From Methanomicrobiales archaeon (GTDB taxonomy: Archaea > Halobacteriota > Methanomicrobia > Methanomicrobiales > JACTUA01): DNA of 64,000 nucleotides. Positions 10,868 to 23,321 of the stretch are shown here, one piece after another. The notes beneath the pieces were generated by a model that saw only the letters and a program-made list of their open reading frames with translations, was not told the origin of the DNA and did not search any database. The stretch is taken from the NCBI GenBank assembly GCA_015660865.1, contig JACTUA010000005.1, positions 104,790 through 168,789 on the forward strand, written 5' to 3'. The translations under genes and the position numbers were made by a program. How positions within the stretch are numbered: the first letter of the stretch is position 1; the number at the start of each line of letters is the position of its first letter.

Positions 10868-11352
10868 GGCGTGCCCCTCCCGTTTTCACCAATCCGAACA
10901 TTCGGTACACGTTTAAACTCCTTTATACTGAAAAGAACGATGTAATCACGGATCCCGGTCTTCTCTGAGATCCCCCTCACCTCATCGAGAACCTCCTCTC
11001 TCGTGTACCCGTGATGAACCGTATAAAGGGAATATTCCCATTTGCCCGGGACACGTGTCCTTTCATAGCAATGGGTGACACCGGGATATGATGCGAGGAG
11101 CGAACCGGCATCACCATCTCCTGTATCCGGTACTTTCCAAGCCACCAGGGCATTTGCCGATATGCCAATGAGCCGCTGGTTGATCCGAGCCTTGAACTTT
11201 CGTATGACCCCTTCAGTCAAGAGCCGCCGCAGTCTTTCGATTACCTCTTCACCGGATATGCCGAGCCGGTTCCCGATATCGTCGAAGGGCTCGGGCACGA
11301 AGGGGAGGCCTCCTTCGAGCTCACCAAGGAGGCGCCTGTCAAGGGGATCCAT
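10864..11352 (-). CDS. ahbB: Siroheme decarboxylase subunit beta (AhbB/NirH-like)
   Basis: Lrp/AsnC-like fold; VTHCYER..WEYSLYTVHHG motif. Confidence 0.85.
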   Translation of the reverse strand: MDPLDRRLLGELEGGLPFVPEPFDDIGNRLGISGEEVIERLRRLLTEGVIRKFKARINQRLIGISANALVAWKVPDTGDGDAGSLLASYPGVTHCYERTRVPGKWEYSLYTVHHGYTREEVLDEVRGISEKTGIRDYIVLFSIKEFKRVPNVRIGENGRGTP

Positions 11353-11851
11353 AACCCTCCTCCAGTCTCCCGTTCAGGATATGGGAGAAACGGACATCGA
11401 TTTTAAATTGCCTGACCGTGGACAAATTGAGAATATCCCGTTCGGGTATTCCGGTCCTCTTCAGAATCTTGGAGAGAACCTCGCCCAGTCTCTCTTCGTT
11501 CTCTGCAGTGAGGGTGAACCATATGGCAAAGGTATTATCCCGCTGGAAATTGTGGGAGACCTCCGGGTAGCCGCTGATTATGGCAGCTACATCGCTGATC
11601 CTTTCGATCGGGACCGGAAGGGCAATGAGGGTTGTAGCCGTAAGTCCCAGATGATGGGAATCAAGGATCGGTGATATTGCCCGCACGATTCCCAGATTAC
11701 GCATTCGCCCTAGTCTTTCCAGAACTTCCTGTTCGGGGACCCCCAGCCGGGTACCAAGAGCAGCCCAGGGCCGTGGAACCAGGGGAATGTCATCCTGAAG
11801 TGTATCAAGCAGCATCAGATCAATCCGATCTAAGCGGGCATCTCCGTTCAT
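11339..11851 (-). CDS. ahbA: Siroheme decarboxylase subunit alpha (AhbA/NirD-like)
   Basis: LQDDIPLVPRPW, VSHNFQR..IWFTL, FKIDVRF motifs. Confidence 0.85.
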   Translation of the reverse strand: MNGDARLDRIDLMLLDTLQDDIPLVPRPWAALGTRLGVPEQEVLERLGRMRNLGIVRAISPILDSHHLGLTATTLIALPVPIERISDVAAIISGYPEVSHNFQRDNTFAIWFTLTAENEERLGEVLSKILKRTGIPERDILNLSTVRQFKIDVRFSHILNGRLEEGYGSP

Positions 11852-12927
11852 TGCGCCACGACCCCCGGTTCGTAAGGACAGAAGGGATCCTCGGAGCAGA
11901 GATCCCCTTTCAGCAGATCCGGTTCAGCGAGACCATCGCACCATCCGGGAGAGACTGAACCTGCGTGGTTGTACGCCCGTGCCCGGCATCCCCCGCAATC
12001 TCTCCTGAAGCTGCACCGCCCACATTTGCCGGTGAGCTTATCGTTATCACGGAGGGCAGCAAAAACCGGGGATCTCTCCCAGAGCTCAGAGAAGGGCGTG
12101 TTCCGGATATTGCCAACCCTCACTGGCAGGTAGGGGCATGGCGTGACATCGCCATTTGCATAAATCCGGCAGTAGCTGATACCGGCGATGCAACCTCGAC
12201 CCCAGTCGCTATTCGAAATCCCGAGGTCGCTTGCTATGCGGCGGAATTGCGGGGCACAGGTTGGGCGGATATTGAGATCATTGTCCCTGAACCTGATGAG
12301 GACCTGCCGGATCAGATCCTCGTATTCCTGGGGTCTGATAGGACCCATCTCCCGGGCCCTCCCAGTCGGAACCGGGAAGAAGAGCTGGTAATCGCGGACA
12401 CCAAGGGATGTGCCCAAACGGATCACCCTCTCGATCTCCTTTATAGCAGGCTGCATGATCGACATGTTGATCTGGACGCCAATCCCTTCGTCCTGGCAGT
12501 GCCGGAGAGCTTGGACTGCCCGCTCCCACACGCCGCCCACCCCGCGAAATGCGTCATGAACCTGCGGGTCTGCCGAGTCGAGGCTGATGGCTACCGCCCG
12601 GATCCCAGCCTCGCGAAGCCGTGATGCGGCTTCCCGATCGATCAGGAATCCACTGGTGCCCATGACCATCCTGAGCCCGCGGCTGGTCCCGTACGCCGCG
12701 ATGTCATAGACATCCTCCCGCAGGAGTGGTTCTCCCCCGCTCAGGACGACAACCGGCTTTCCGGCAGCCCTGATCTGGTCAATGACATCAAAGGCTTCCT
12801 CCGTGGAGAGAGCCTGCTCCGCCTCACGATCCCCGGCGTCCACGTAGCAGTGGGCACATTTCAGCGGACACCGCAGGGTAATATTCCACGAGATAATCCG
12901 TGGCGCCCCGCTGGATATACCCTTCAC
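11848..12927 (-). CDS. ahbD: Radical SAM/SPASM protein, heme b synthase AhbD (NirJ2-like)
   Basis: ISWNITLRCPLKCAHCY, RPTCAPQFRR, GCIAG..PCPYL..CGRC...CGGCRARA. AhbC versus AhbD was assigned by motif resemblance. Confidence 0.75.
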   Translation of the reverse strand: MKGISSGAPRIISWNITLRCPLKCAHCYVDAGDREAEQALSTEEAFDVIDQIRAAGKPVVVLSGGEPLLREDVYDIAAYGTSRGLRMVMGTSGFLIDREAASRLREAGIRAVAISLDSADPQVHDAFRGVGGVWERAVQALRHCQDEGIGVQINMSIMQPAIKEIERVIRLGTSLGVRDYQLFFPVPTGRAREMGPIRPQEYEDLIRQVLIRFRDNDLNIRPTCAPQFRRIASDLGISNSDWGRGCIAGISYCRIYANGDVTPCPYLPVRVGNIRNTPFSELWERSPVFAALRDNDKLTGKCGRCSFRRDCGGCRARAYNHAGSVSPGWCDGLAEPDLLKGDLCSEDPFCPYEPGVVAQ

Positions 12928-13013
12928 AACTTTAGCCCTTTTACCACACTCTGCCCGAGTTCCTTATCCGCCTTCGTGAGGTTCTCCACTATACGAAGAC
13001 GTTTATGCTACGA

Positions 13014-15233
<2,220 letters not shown>

Positions 15234-15471
15234 CTATTATCCACTGTAGTGCTATGAATATTCCTTTGCCCGGCTGGTCTAGAGGTTCATTTGCAAAAAC
15301 GGATAGTATGGCGAACTTGTTTCATAACGGTAGGAAGGAAGGCTTAATTCTGACCTTTGTCATTCGAAACAACAACGCCGGAATGGCGTTTAATTATAGT
15401 CATATGCCGGGGAAACGCCTTTAACTCAAAGGAGGAATGCTCTGAGCCGGGCTCTTAACCACAAAACGGGA

Positions 15472-15543
15472 AGCCCCAGCCGAGATTTGAACTCGGGGCC
15501 TGCTGATTACAAGTCAGCCGCTCTACCACTAAGCCACTGGGGC
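15472..15543 (-). tRNA. tRNA-Thr(TGT)
   Basis: Reverse complement GCCCCAGTGGCTTAGTGGTAGAGCGGCTGACTTGTAATCAGCAGGCCCCGAGTTCAAATCTCGGCTGGGGCT folds to a cloverleaf; anticodon TGT; no encoded CCA. Confidence 0.95.
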
Positions 15544-15599
15544 ATGACTTATTGTACGGCCCGGTTCCTGAAAAAGGTGGCGAATGGCAGGGCTCCCCC

Positions 15600-15851
15600 C
15601 TAGATGGAGACCCGCTTCCACTCGACCCTCCCGTTGTACTCGATCTCGATGATCCTGTGGTACGGGATGACCACTGTCTCTTCGCCGGTTCCCATCTCGA
15701 AGTAGGTGTTGGCAAGCTTCGTGATCCGGCCCCCTTCTACCGTCGCGCGACTCATGGGAGCCCCCCGGTTCTCGTAGACGATCCGCACGAGGCCGAAGTC
15801 GAACTTCGGGTCATATTTATACCGGCGGAGGAGGGCGACACTCTCTCTCAT
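15600..15851 (-). CDS. DUF504/UPF0248-family protein (putative RNA-repair domain)
   Basis: YENRGAP...IPYHRIIEIEYNG motif; start ATG at 15851. Confidence 0.75.
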   Translation of the reverse strand: MRESVALLRRYKYDPKFDFGLVRIVYENRGAPMSRATVEGGRITKLANTYFEMGTGEETVVIPYHRIIEIEYNGRVEWKRVSI

Positions 15852-16003
15852 GAATAGGCCCGTGGCCGCTTCGGCTGATAAACATATCGCCAGGGGGGAA
15901 TACCGTCGGATTCTCGATCTAAGGCCCCGAAACCTGCAGCCCGGAGAGAAGGGGGTCCTCTTCATCACAAGGTCATTATGGTTGGAGCACGGACTTAGCA
16001 TGG

Positions 16004-17233
16004 ATGCCCCAGCTCACGGTGGACATCGGGGGCAGGCCGGGCCTCGACTGCCGGGGCTTCTGCGACTACTGCTACTTCAGGCATGCAAAGGACGTCCCCC
16101 CGTTCGGGTGCAGGCACTGCCCGCCCTTCAGGAAGGGCTGCGACTACTGCTCGCGATCGGTGAAGGAGCGGTACTCGGGCTTTCGGGACCTGCCCGCCAT
16201 CGCGGATGACATCCTCGCGAGCCTCCAGATGATGGAAGGGGACCTCTCCAGGATCACCATCAGCGGCGGCGGCGACCCGAGCTGCTACCCCCGATTCCGG
16301 GACCTCGTGGACCTCATCGCCGGGATGGAGGCGCCCCTTCACATCGGGTACACGAGCGGGAAGGGCTTCGACGATCCCGACCTCTCCAGGTTCCTCCTCG
16401 AACGCGGTCTCGCCGAAATCTCCTTCACCATCTTCGCCTCATCCCCGGAACTCCGGCGGAAACACATGCATGACCCGACCCCCGAGGTCTCCCTCTCCAT
16501 CCTTGAGGATCTCTGCGGAGGGTGCGATGTCTACGGGGCTGCTGTGGTGATCCCCGGGGTGAACGACGGCGAGGTCCTCCTCGAGACCTGCAGCTGGCTC
16601 GAGGAGCGGGGGGCGAAGGGGCTCATCCTCATGCGGTTTGCGAATACGCCTGAATCGGGGCTCATCCTGGGGAACGCCCCTATCCTTCCCGGTCAGACGA
16701 TGCAGACCGTGGAAGAATTCCGGGACATGGTCACCTCCCTTTCCAGGGAGTTCAGGATGAAGATCACCGGGACGCCGCTCTGGGACCCGGAGATCGGATC
16801 CCCCTTCGCCATCCTCTCCGAGGACGGGCTGCTCGACAAACTCCCCCGGGTGACGGGGCGGGCCAGCGTCGTCAGCGGCCGGGTGGCAGCCCCCTTCATC
16901 CAGGAGATCCTGGACCGGCGGGGATACCGCTGCAGGGTCGTGCCCGCCGACAAGGAGATCGCCTGCCTCATCACTATCGACGACCTGGAGCGCCTCAATC
17001 CCGGCGATCTCGAGGGTGTGGTGATCTTCCCCGGCCGGGCCTTTGTCCATGACGAGGAGGCACGGGAGGTCCTCTCGGCCGACGGATGCGACCGGGTCGT
17101 GGTGAGGGGGCCCGAGACCCTCACCGCCGATGGTGAGACCTCCATGGGGATGACAAGGAACCAGGTCCTCGAGATGGAGCTCGAGGGCATCGGGAACCTC
17201 ATCCGGCTCATCAACCAGTACGGGACCGAGTAA
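16004..17233 (+). CDS. mmp10: Methanogenesis marker 10, methyl-coenzyme M reductase arginine methyltransferase (radical SAM/B12)
   Basis: DIGGRPGLDCRGFCDYCYF, PFGCRHC..GCDYC, LILMRFAN, KEIACLIT, RGPETLTADGE motifs. Confidence 0.9.
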   Translation: MPQLTVDIGGRPGLDCRGFCDYCYFRHAKDVPPFGCRHCPPFRKGCDYCSRSVKERYSGFRDLPAIADDILASLQMMEGDLSRITISGGGDPSCYPRFRDLVDLIAGMEAPLHIGYTSGKGFDDPDLSRFLLERGLAEISFTIFASSPELRRKHMHDPTPEVSLSILEDLCGGCDVYGAAVVIPGVNDGEVLLETCSWLEERGAKGLILMRFANTPESGLILGNAPILPGQTMQTVEEFRDMVTSLSREFRMKITGTPLWDPEIGSPFAILSEDGLLDKLPRVTGRASVVSGRVAAPFIQEILDRRGYRCRVVPADKEIACLITIDDLERLNPGDLEGVVIFPGRAFVHDEEAREVLSADGCDRVVVRGPETLTADGETSMGMTRNQVLEMELEGIGNLIRLINQYGTE

Positions 17234-17320
17234 TCCACCGGGAAGCGCTCTTCCTCTGCCCTGGCGGCGATAAGCAAACGCTATATCTCCCGGAGGGGTA
17301 TTCATCCTCCGGAGTCTCCC

Positions 17321-20185
17321 ATGGACCGGATCTTCAGGTATTACCCCCAGGACTTCGGCGAGATCCCGGTGAAGGTCGTCCACATGGACCTCACCTTCGA
17401 TGTCTATGACGACCATACCCGGGTCACCTCCCTGCTTACAGTGAAGACCCTCGATTCCTCCCTCCAGATCCTGGCCCTGAACGCAAAGGACCTCGAGATC
17501 ATCTCCATCACCTCTGAGGGCCGCCGGGTCACCGCCGATAACCGGAGGGCGGAGGCAAAGATTCTCCTCACGTTCCAGCCCCGCATACCGCCCGGGACCG
17601 AGTTCACTGTCCGCACGGAGACCATCTGTCACCCGACGCGTAACATCCTGGAAGGGCTCTACTACGATGAGACCCCCCCCGGTGCCCCGCCCACCCAGAT
17701 CACCCAGTGCCAGCAGTGGGGGTTCCAGCGCCTCGTACCCTGCATCGACGACATGACAGCCAAGTGCACTTACCTGACCACGATCATTGCCAGCTCCCGG
17801 TACACCCACCTCATCTCCAACGGGGATGTCGCGGAAGAACGGCATCCGGTGGGAGGAGACCGGGACCGGATCCGGTACGCGAACATGGTCACCCCCATGG
17901 CGCCCTATCTCTTCTTCCTTGGTGTGGGAACCTACACGTCTTTCAGGAGGGGGTGCGAGTACCCCGACGGGAAGACCTTCACGCTGGAGCTCCTGGTGCC
18001 CCCTTCCTCAGATCCCGCCCTCGGGAGGGAGGCTCTCGGGATCCTCCACGATGCGGTCATCTGGGTCTACCTCTTCACCGGCCCCGAACAGTTCAGGGGC
18101 CTGGAGACGAGGGAGGAGATGTTCCGGCTCATCCAGGAGCGCGAGAACCTCAAAGGGGGGGGCGGAGATCCCGTGCGCCTCAAGACGGTGCGGGAGAATC
18201 TCTCTGATCTCACCTCCCGCATCACCCCGGGCTACCAGTATACCGGGACCGTCTATCGCGAGATCGGGATGCAGAACTCAGACTTCGGGGGGATGGAGAA
18301 CGTGGGGAACACCACCATCACCACGAACCGGATCATGCCCTTCCCCGAGATGACCGACCCGGCCTTCGATTACCTCTTTCGCGTGAAGGTCCACGAGTAC
18401 TACCACAACCTGAACGGCTCCGAGGTGACAGGGAGATCTCCCTTCGAGCTCTGGCTCAACGAGGCGGTCACGGTCTTCATCGAGAATAAAAACCATGCCT
18501 TCCTCTTCGGGCCCGATTATAACCGCCTCCTTACCGTCCTCACCCTCCTCTCCCCCGATGGCGGGACCCTGGCCCTGGACGCAGGGGCCATGGCCATGCC
18601 GATCGAGCCCGACGGGTTCAATGACCCGAACGACCTGATCACGGCCGTCACCTACGTGAAAGCCCCCGAGTTCGTGCGCATGGTGGAGACCCTTATGGGG
18701 AGGGAGGCCTTTGCCCAGGCCCTGAACGCCTACCACTCGGGATTCCGACACGCCAACGCCTCACGTGCCGACTGGATCGCCAGCATGGAGGCGGCGGGCC
18801 GCCAGGAATTTGCAGGGTTCGCGGAGGCCTGGCTGAAGGAGACCGGTTATCCCGTGGTCACCGCACGGACCGCGTACGACGAGGCCAGGCGGACCTTCTC
18901 ACTCGACCTTCAGACCCCCCTCTCAAAGACCGGGAAGACCTGGGAGTTTCCCTTCTCGTATGCCCTCATCAGCGATGGGGGCAAGGTCCTTGCTGAAGGG
19001 ATGAAGCGGATCAGGAGCGGGAGCGATGTGATCACTATCACCGGGGTGGACCGCCCCGCCTATGCCTCGCTGAACCGTGGCTATTCCTTCTACGGGAAGG
19101 TCAGGTTTGATCCCGGCGAAGAGGCCCTTCAGCTCCAGGCAAGGACCGATCCGGATGCGGTAAACCGGTACCTGGCATTTTTCACCCTTGCAGACAGGGA
19201 GAAGGCCCGGCTCGTCACAGAACCGGGCGGAGCCCCCTCCGGGATGTTCACCACCCTCTTCATGGAACTCCTCGGGGACCAGGATCTCCTTGACCGGGTG
19301 GGCGGGCAGGGCCTCACCATCTTCGAATCCGTAGAGGACGAGGGGCTTGCCCACCGGTACCAGTCTTTGTACGAGGCCAGGCAGAAGCTGCTCTCTGCCA
19401 TAGCCGTGCGCCACCAGGAAGCCCTTCTATCCCTCTCCAGCTCTTTTGCCGCCGACCCTGCCCCTGCCACCCTTCCTGATCGTATCCGGGCCATCAAGAG
19501 GCGGCAGGTGAAGAACCTCTGCCTCGAGATCCTCGCCACCCTGGATAGTCCCGGGGTCCATCACATCCTCATCCGGCAGTTCCATGACTCCCCTGCAGCA
19601 AGTGACCGGCTCAATGCTTTCCGGCTCCTCCTTGCATCCTCATCCCATGACCGTCTCGCCATCTTCGAGAGATTCATGGATGAGTCCTCGAAGAACCTGG
19701 TGGCATGGGAGGCCTTCCTCTCCACAGTGGCAGGATCGAACGCGCCCGATCTCGTGGACCTCGTGCAGCGTGCCGAGAAGTCACCGGCGTTCCGGATCGA
19801 GCAGGCCAACGACCAGCGGGCCCTCTACGGGCGGTTTGCCATGAACCGGAAGGTCTCCCTCCAGACCTCCGGGGGACGGACCTACTTCCTGAAGATCCTG
19901 GAAGGGCTCGGCAGGGTGAACGAGACCTCCACGGTGCGGGCCCTCCAGGCCTTCGGGCACCTAGACCGGATGGAGGAGGAGTACCACCTCCCCCTCGCCG
20001 GGCTTCTCATCGACCTTATGGGCGTCCTCGACCCGGCTGGAAACCCGGTGGCTTACAACACCATCAGGCGCCTCCTTCTCGGCGCCCCCTTGGCTCTGGC
20101 AGCGTACGAAGGGAAGTTCGGACCGGTGAAAGCCCTGCACCCGGAGGAGACCAGGGAAGAACCGGAGAGTGGTTCTTCGGGCTGA
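17321..20185 (+). CDS. pepN: M1-family aminopeptidase N
   Basis: TQCQQWGFQR, GGMEN, HEYYH-x18-E zinc motif (LNEAVT), TYVK. Confidence 0.88.
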   Translation: MDRIFRYYPQDFGEIPVKVVHMDLTFDVYDDHTRVTSLLTVKTLDSSLQILALNAKDLEIISITSEGRRVTADNRRAEAKILLTFQPRIPPGTEFTVRTETICHPTRNILEGLYYDETPPGAPPTQITQCQQWGFQRLVPCIDDMTAKCTYLTTIIASSRYTHLISNGDVAEERHPVGGDRDRIRYANMVTPMAPYLFFLGVGTYTSFRRGCEYPDGKTFTLELLVPPSSDPALGREALGILHDAVIWVYLFTGPEQFRGLETREEMFRLIQERENLKGGGGDPVRLKTVRENLSDLTSRITPGYQYTGTVYREIGMQNSDFGGMENVGNTTITTNRIMPFPEMTDPAFDYLFRVKVHEYYHNLNGSEVTGRSPFELWLNEAVTVFIENKNHAFLFGPDYNRLLTVLTLLSPDGGTLALDAGAMAMPIEPDGFNDPNDLITAVTYVKAPEFVRMVETLMGREAFAQALNAYHSGFRHANASRADWIASMEAAGRQEFAGFAEAWLKETGYPVVTARTAYDEARRTFSLDLQTPLSKTGKTWEFPFSYALISDGGKVLAEGMKRIRSGSDVITITGVDRPAYASLNRGYSFYGKVRFDPGEEALQLQARTDPDAVNRYLAFFTLADREKARLVTEPGGAPSGMFTTLFMELLGDQDLLDRVGGQGLTIFESVEDEGLAHRYQSLYEARQKLLSAIAVRHQEALLSLSSSFAADPAPATLPDRIRAIKRRQVKNLCLEILATLDSPGVHHILIRQFHDSPAASDRLNAFRLLLASSSHDRLAIFERFMDESSKNLVAWEAFLSTVAGSNAPDLVDLVQRAEKSPAFRIEQANDQRALYGRFAMNRKVSLQTSGGRTYFLKILEGLGRVNETSTVRALQAFGHLDRMEEEYHLPLAGLLIDLMGVLDPAGNPVAYNTIRRLLLGAPLALAAYEGKFGPVKALHPEETREEPESGSSG

Positions 20186-20269
20186 AGGTGAAGGAATGGG
20201 AAACTTCAGATCACGGACCTCCCGCTCCCCCATCCCAACCCTGAATATCCTCGCAGATCCATCCTGATC

Positions 20270-20935
20270 ATGCATCTCTCGAAAGGCAGGGCCATCATCG
20301 CAGGCATTCTCATCCTCACCTTTGCCATCGCCATCGTCGCTTATCCCTACCTGCCGGACCGCCTGGCCTCCCACTGGGGCGTCTCCGGGGAGGTGAATGG
20401 GTACCTGCCGAAGATATGGGGCCTCTTCATCGTTCCCGTGATCTCGGCCGCCCTCACCCTCCTCTTCCTGCTTATCCCCAGGATCGATCCCCTCGGGAAG
20501 AACATCGCAAAGTTCATGGACGCCTACGAGCAGTTCGTCGTCATCATCCTCGCCTTTCTCTTCTATGTCTCTCTCCTCACGATCCTCTGGAATACCGGGA
20601 TGCGGTTTTCCATCGGCCAGGTTCTCTCCCCGGCCTTTGCCGTCCTTTTCTATGCATGCGGTATCCTCATCGGTAAGGCAAAGAGAAACTGGTTCATCGG
20701 GATCCGCACGCCCTGGACCCTCTCGAGCGACCGCGCCTGGGATAAAACCCATGCGATCGGCGGGAAGCTCTTCAGGATCGCGGGCGTTCTCGCCCTCGGG
20801 GGGATCCTCCTGCCAGGGATTGCATGGCTCTTCCTCCTCGGCCCAATCCTCCTCATCTCGGGTTACCTTGTCGTGTACTCCTATCTGGAATACCGGAGAG
20901 AGGAGGAGGAAAGAAAGCCATCCGATGGGACCTGA
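20270..20935 (+). CDS. DUF1648/SdpI-family membrane protein
   Basis: LPDRLASHWGVSGEVNGY and NWFIGIRTPWTL..WDKTH motifs. Confidence 0.85.
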   Translation: MHLSKGRAIIAGILILTFAIAIVAYPYLPDRLASHWGVSGEVNGYLPKIWGLFIVPVISAALTLLFLLIPRIDPLGKNIAKFMDAYEQFVVIILAFLFYVSLLTILWNTGMRFSIGQVLSPAFAVLFYACGILIGKAKRNWFIGIRTPWTLSSDRAWDKTHAIGGKLFRIAGVLALGGILLPGIAWLFLLGPILLISGYLVVYSYLEYRREEEERKPSDGT

Positions 20936-20981
20936 CCATTTGTAAAGGTCCCGATGGAAAGGCCCGGTCACCTGACTGAAC

Positions 20982-21971
20982 TCAAACCCTCCCTTTCTCA
21001 TCCGGGGACCGTATGCTGCACACCGACTGGCACTCGTTGCATTCCTCTTCGCAGGGCTCCACGTGGATGGTCACGTTCGCCCTCGGGAACTCGGTCCGGA
21101 TATCCTTCTCAAGGTGATCGGTAAGATCATGAGCTGCCTCCACCGAGAGGTCCTTTCGCACGACCATATGGAGATCGATGAACTGCTCGGGGCCAGACCT
21201 TCTCGTGCGCAGGGCATGGAAGTCCGCATAGGTGCTGTAGTGATCGCAGATGATTGCCCGGATCCGTTCCTCGTCCCGGTCGGGGAGCCGCTGGTCGATG
21301 AGGTCGCCGAAGGACCTGCGGGTGATGTCATACGCGGCCTTCATGATGAGGACCGCGACCCCGATGGCAACGAGCGGATCGATCAGGAGGATTCCGGTGA
21401 GCCGGATCAGGACGAGCCCCGCGAGAACACCGAGCGAGGTATACACATCGGTCCGGAGGTGCCAGGCGTCGCTCTCGAGGGCGATGGATCCCGAGGCCTT
21501 CGCCACCCCCATGAGCCTCCTCGAGACGAACCAGTTGAGGCCGGCCGAGAGGGCCATCACCCCCATCCCTGCCGAGAGGATCCCCATCTCAAGCGCTCCC
21601 TCGCCGCCGAGGATCTTGTTTACTGCCTCGTAGACGATGATGCCGGCCGCTACGAAGATCAGGATAGACTCGAAGAGCCCCGAGATGTCCTCGAACTTCC
21701 CGTGACCGTAAGAGTGGTACTCGTCAGGGGGTTCGCTCGACTTTCTCACCGAGAGGAAAGCGACGACGGCAGCGATGAGGTCGATCCCCGAGTGGACCGC
21801 CTCGGAGATGATGCTCACCGACCCGATGGCGATGCCCACGGCGAGCTTCAGGATCACGAGGCATGTGTTCGAGATGACCGAGAGCTTCGCGGCCTTCTTC
21901 TTCACCCCGTTCATCCCTGCGAGAGGATCTACAGGAGTAACTTCGGGCCCCCCTGGCCCGCGTTTGTTCAT
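20982..21971 (-). CDS. Cation diffusion facilitator (FieF-type)
   Basis: SEAVHSGID, HSYGHGKFE, DAWHLRTDVYTS, IHVEPC motifs; start trimmed to ATG at 21971. Confidence 0.88.
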   Translation of the reverse strand: MNKRGPGGPEVTPVDPLAGMNGVKKKAAKLSVISNTCLVILKLAVGIAIGSVSIISEAVHSGIDLIAAVVAFLSVRKSSEPPDEYHSYGHGKFEDISGLFESILIFVAAGIIVYEAVNKILGGEGALEMGILSAGMGVMALSAGLNWFVSRRLMGVAKASGSIALESDAWHLRTDVYTSLGVLAGLVLIRLTGILLIDPLVAIGVAVLIMKAAYDITRRSFGDLIDQRLPDRDEERIRAIICDHYSTYADFHALRTRRSGPEQFIDLHMVVRKDLSVEAAHDLTDHLEKDIRTEFPRANVTIHVEPCEEECNECQSVCSIRSPDEKGRV

Positions 21972-22083
21972 GTTCTGAAGAGGTGGGGCAGGGGTGGATA
22001 TAGGAGTTTCGCTCTCCGGAACGCCCCTCTCTCCGAACAGCCGGTTTTTATACCTTTCCGGTCTCACTTCTCCCCTAGTATAT

Positions 22084-23256
22084 ATGGCCTCTCTCCCCGA
22101 ACCTTCCCCCGACCCCCCCGGTCTCGCGACCATCTTCCTCTCCTTTCTCCTCCTCGGTGCAACCGCCTTCGGCGGGCCCGCCATGGTCGAGTACATCCGG
22201 AGGCTCTCTGTGGAAGAGAAGGGGTGGCTGGACGAGAGGTCCTTCCGCGACGGGGTGGCCCTCTGCACCACGGTGCCCGGGGCCACGGCCATGCAGGTGG
22301 CGGCCTATGTCGGCCTCCGCATCCGGGGAGTGTACGGGGCCGCGGTCTCGTACATCGGGTTCGGCCTTCCCGCCTTTCTCTTCATGATGATCCTCTCGGC
22401 GCTCTACCTGGAGATGAGGGGGATCGGGATGGCCATCTCCGCCTTCCAGGGGCTCAAGGTCCTCGTGGTCGCGATAGTGGGCGCGGCGGCGATCAGCTTC
22501 TCAAGGGATACCCTTACGGGGATCCGGCCGTTCGCCATCGCCGCGATCGCTGCCGCACTCTTCCTCGCCGGCGTGAGCCCGATCCTGATCATCATCCTTG
22601 CGGGGGCCCTCGGAGTTCTCATCGGGACCCCCCTCCCCGTTCAGGGAGGTGCATCCGGAGATGCCATGGGCTCGACGGTCCGGCCACTCCTCCTCATCAC
22701 CCTCTGCGCAGCAGGCCTCTTCCTCGCCCTCCTCCTCTTCTTCCCCGCCCTTGCCGGGATCTTTGCCCTCATGTTCAGGATCGACCTCTTCGCCTTCGGC
22801 GGGGGGCAGGCATCCCTCCCCCTCCTCTACCACGAGGTTGTCCAGGCCCGGGGCTGGCTCGATGCCCAGACATTCCTGGACGGTATTGCGCTCGGACAGG
22901 TCACCCCGGGCCCCATCGTCATCTCGGCAACATTCATTGGCTACCTCCTCCAGGGGCCGCTCGGGGGAATTATGGCGACCCTCGGGATCTTCCTCCCCTC
23001 CTTCCTCATGGTCATCGGCATTGCCCCGTACTTCCCCCTGCTCCGCAGTTCGACCCGCATGAGCAGGGCCTTTGGGGGCATCGTCTCCTCCTTTGCCGGC
23101 CTCCTCATCTCGGTGACGATCCTCTTCGGCTCCCAGATCCCCTGGAACCTCCCCCGGGTGCTCATCGGCGGAGGCGCCTTCATCGCCCTCATGGGGAAGG
23201 TCAGGGTCCACTGGGTCGTACTCGCGGGGATCATCGTCTCCCTCCTTTTCCTCTGA
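22084..23256 (+). CDS. chrA: Chromate efflux transporter (long-chain ChrA)
   Basis: Two repeats: AFGGP..VPGA and AFGGG..TPGP; start taken at ATG 22084. Confidence 0.85.
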   Translation: MASLPEPSPDPPGLATIFLSFLLLGATAFGGPAMVEYIRRLSVEEKGWLDERSFRDGVALCTTVPGATAMQVAAYVGLRIRGVYGAAVSYIGFGLPAFLFMMILSALYLEMRGIGMAISAFQGLKVLVVAIVGAAAISFSRDTLTGIRPFAIAAIAAALFLAGVSPILIIILAGALGVLIGTPLPVQGGASGDAMGSTVRPLLLITLCAAGLFLALLLFFPALAGIFALMFRIDLFAFGGGQASLPLLYHEVVQARGWLDAQTFLDGIALGQVTPGPIVISATFIGYLLQGPLGGIMATLGIFLPSFLMVIGIAPYFPLLRSSTRMSRAFGGIVSSFAGLLISVTILFGSQIPWNLPRVLIGGGAFIALMGKVRVHWVVLAGIIVSLLFL

Positions 23257-23321
23257 TCTGAGCCAACCCGGGGGATATGCTTTTTACACGGCATCCCCCA
23301 GCTTGCCGGAAGGGATGAACC

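Noticed and set aside
21063-23261. 732-aa ORF and other long alternative-frame ORFs (e.g. 16439-17845, 24459-25823, 58423-59835)
   Set aside because: Shadow ORFs overlapping well-supported genes in GC-rich DNA, with no recognisable motifs.
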